Assembly: GCF_009914755.1 (NCBI RefSeq)
Contig: NC_060928.1
Source of the DNA: the human T2T-CHM13v2.0 reference genome, Homo sapiens
Length of the DNA: 64,000 bases
Reading direction: 5' to 3' (one strand)
This document shows, piece by piece, positions 62,057-64,000 of this stretch. The notes beneath the pieces are model-generated. The model did no database searches. It saw only the letters and a list, made by a program, of their open reading frames with translations, and was not told the DNA's origin. The position numbers were made by a program, and so were the translations under genes. Within the stretch, counting starts at the first letter, position 1. Every line of letters starts with the position of its first letter.

Positions 62057-62719
62057 TATTTTCTCTTTACTTAGTTTCTTTCTTAAATGGAAAGTCATTG
62101 AAGAACTCTATAAGGTTCTAATTTTGATTGCTTTTTCAGTGACTCTGATGAACACATTATTGTAGTATCCGGGCAGTCTAGCTATTTAAATACTAAGTGG
62201 TACTGAAATTATGACCATTTTGCAGGTTAGTACTGAAAATTTCAATTTCAGTTTTAAATTCCAAATAAAAAAAGGCACGAAGTCGTTTACAAGAAGCACA
62301 TGAAATAAAATGGAAATTAAAAAATCTGAAAGCAGGAATAAGGAAAGAAAAAGCAAATTGGCCAAATCATACTAAAGAGAGAAATAAGATGAGTTATAAA
62401 TTCAAATTATATGAGAGGAGAAGGCATATAATACTTATTTTACCTTAAATTCATTGAGTGGCCTTTTTATATTCAGTTTTTCTTGAAAAAATAGTTTTGC
62501 TTCTCTCCTCAGACATCTTTGTGAATTGCCCTTCACTTTAGTTAGGTCTTGCCTTAAATGCCAAGACATCAGAGTTCTCTCCCATCACACTAATTAAAAT
62601 AGAGCGTCTGTCTCCAGAATCCTACATGGTCTTCCAGCTTCTACCTTTGTTCTTTCCGATCCATTCTCTATGCTGGAGTCAGAGTGCTCTTTTGAAACCC
62701 AAGTCAGCCCATGCTGTTC

Positions 62720-63003
<284 letters not shown>

Positions 63004-63144
63004 TGTTCTGCTGTTTAAAACCCTCCAATGGCTTCCAATTTCCATTAGAACAATTTGGACACTCACATGGCCTGTAAAGCCTTTCCTAGTCTGGCCACCA
63101 TCTCACTCCTATCTCTGACTTTTCTTCTTTTACCACTTTCCTGT

Positions 63145-63580
63145 TGTTGTGAGCTGAATTGTGTCTCCCTACCTTCCAAATTCATGTTTTGAGGTCCTAA
63201 CCCCCAATACCTCAGAATGTGACCTTATTTGGAAATAAGGTTGTTGCAGATGTAGTTAGTTAAGATGAGGTCATACTGGAGTAGGATGGGTCCCCTAATC
63301 CATTATGATTGGTATGCTTGTGAAAAGGGGACATTTGGACACAGACACACACTCAGGGAGAATGCCTCATGAAGACTGGAGTGATGCTGCCACAAGCCAA
63401 GGAAATACCAAGCCTAGGAGATGGCCTGGAACGGATCCTTCCCTACGCCTTCAGAGGGAGCATGGCCCTGCAGGCACCTTGATCCTAGACTTCAAGATTC
63501 CAGAACGGTGAGACAAGAAATTTCTGTGAAGCCACTCAGTTTGTGGTACTTTGTTACAGCAACCCTAGTGGACTATTACA
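63145..63580 (+). mobile_element. MLT1B-like MaLR solo LTR, intact order
   Basis: tgttgtgagctgaattgtgtc...cagaatgtgaccttatttggaaataagg...gagggagcatggccctgc...gtttgtggtactttgttacagcaaccctag...taca. Confidence 0.88.
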
Positions 63581-63786
63581 CCTCTGTTTGCTCTTTAGCA
63601 TTCTGGACTGTTATGGTTCCTCAAACAGGCCAGATGTAGTTCCTCCTCAGGGCTTCTGCATTGCAAGTTCAGGCTGCCTGGTATCTTTGCACAAGTATTT
63701 GCATGGCCCACTCCCTTACTCCTCTCTGCTCAAATGCCACTTGTTCTAGGGGTCTTCTCTGGGCCCTCTATTAAAAACAGCACCCA

Positions 63787-64000
63787 GGCTGGGCGTGGTG
63801 GCTCACACCTGTAATCCCAGTACTTTGGGAGGCCGAGGAGGGTGGATCACGAAGTCAAGAGATCGAGACCATCCTGGCCAACATGGTGAAACCCTGTCTC
63901 TACTAAATATAAAAATTAGCTGGACATGGTGGCGGGCGCCCGTAATCCGAGCTACTAGGGAGGCTGAGGCACGAGGATCACTTGAACCTGGGAGGTGGAG
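63787..64000 (+). mobile_element. Alu (AluSc-like), cut by the window end
   Basis: ggctgggcgtggtggctcacacctgtaatccc...gatcacgaagtcaagagatcgagaccatcctgg. Confidence 0.93.

Overview
Human/hominid genomic DNA, recognisable from Alu, SVA, THE1/MST/MLT1, MER and Tigger repeats. It holds the 5' part of MFAP3L on the minus strand: a CpG-island first exon (donor at 34423), exon 2 (14198-13768, ATG at 14065) and the start of the last coding exon (494 to beyond the window edge). About 30 kb of repeat-rich upstream sequence follows. I see no prokaryotic-type system, CRISPR array or second protein-coding gene, and nearly all other listed ORFs are repeat- or GC-derived. The most interesting signals are: (1) a spliced, strong-Kozak uORF in frame with MFAP3L and separated from it by a single TGA, plus a Cys-rich out-of-frame uORF; (2) a full-length SVA whose apparent TSD lies ~290 bp beyond its tail, suggesting a 3' transduction; (3) several apparent template-switch scars: a scrambled MLT1B with 96-bp inverted arms, a 122-bp templated insertion inside an Alu, a palindromic insertion in an ERV1 LTR, and an internally inverted MLT1D. 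Repeat boundaries and subfamily names were assigned by eye and are approximate.
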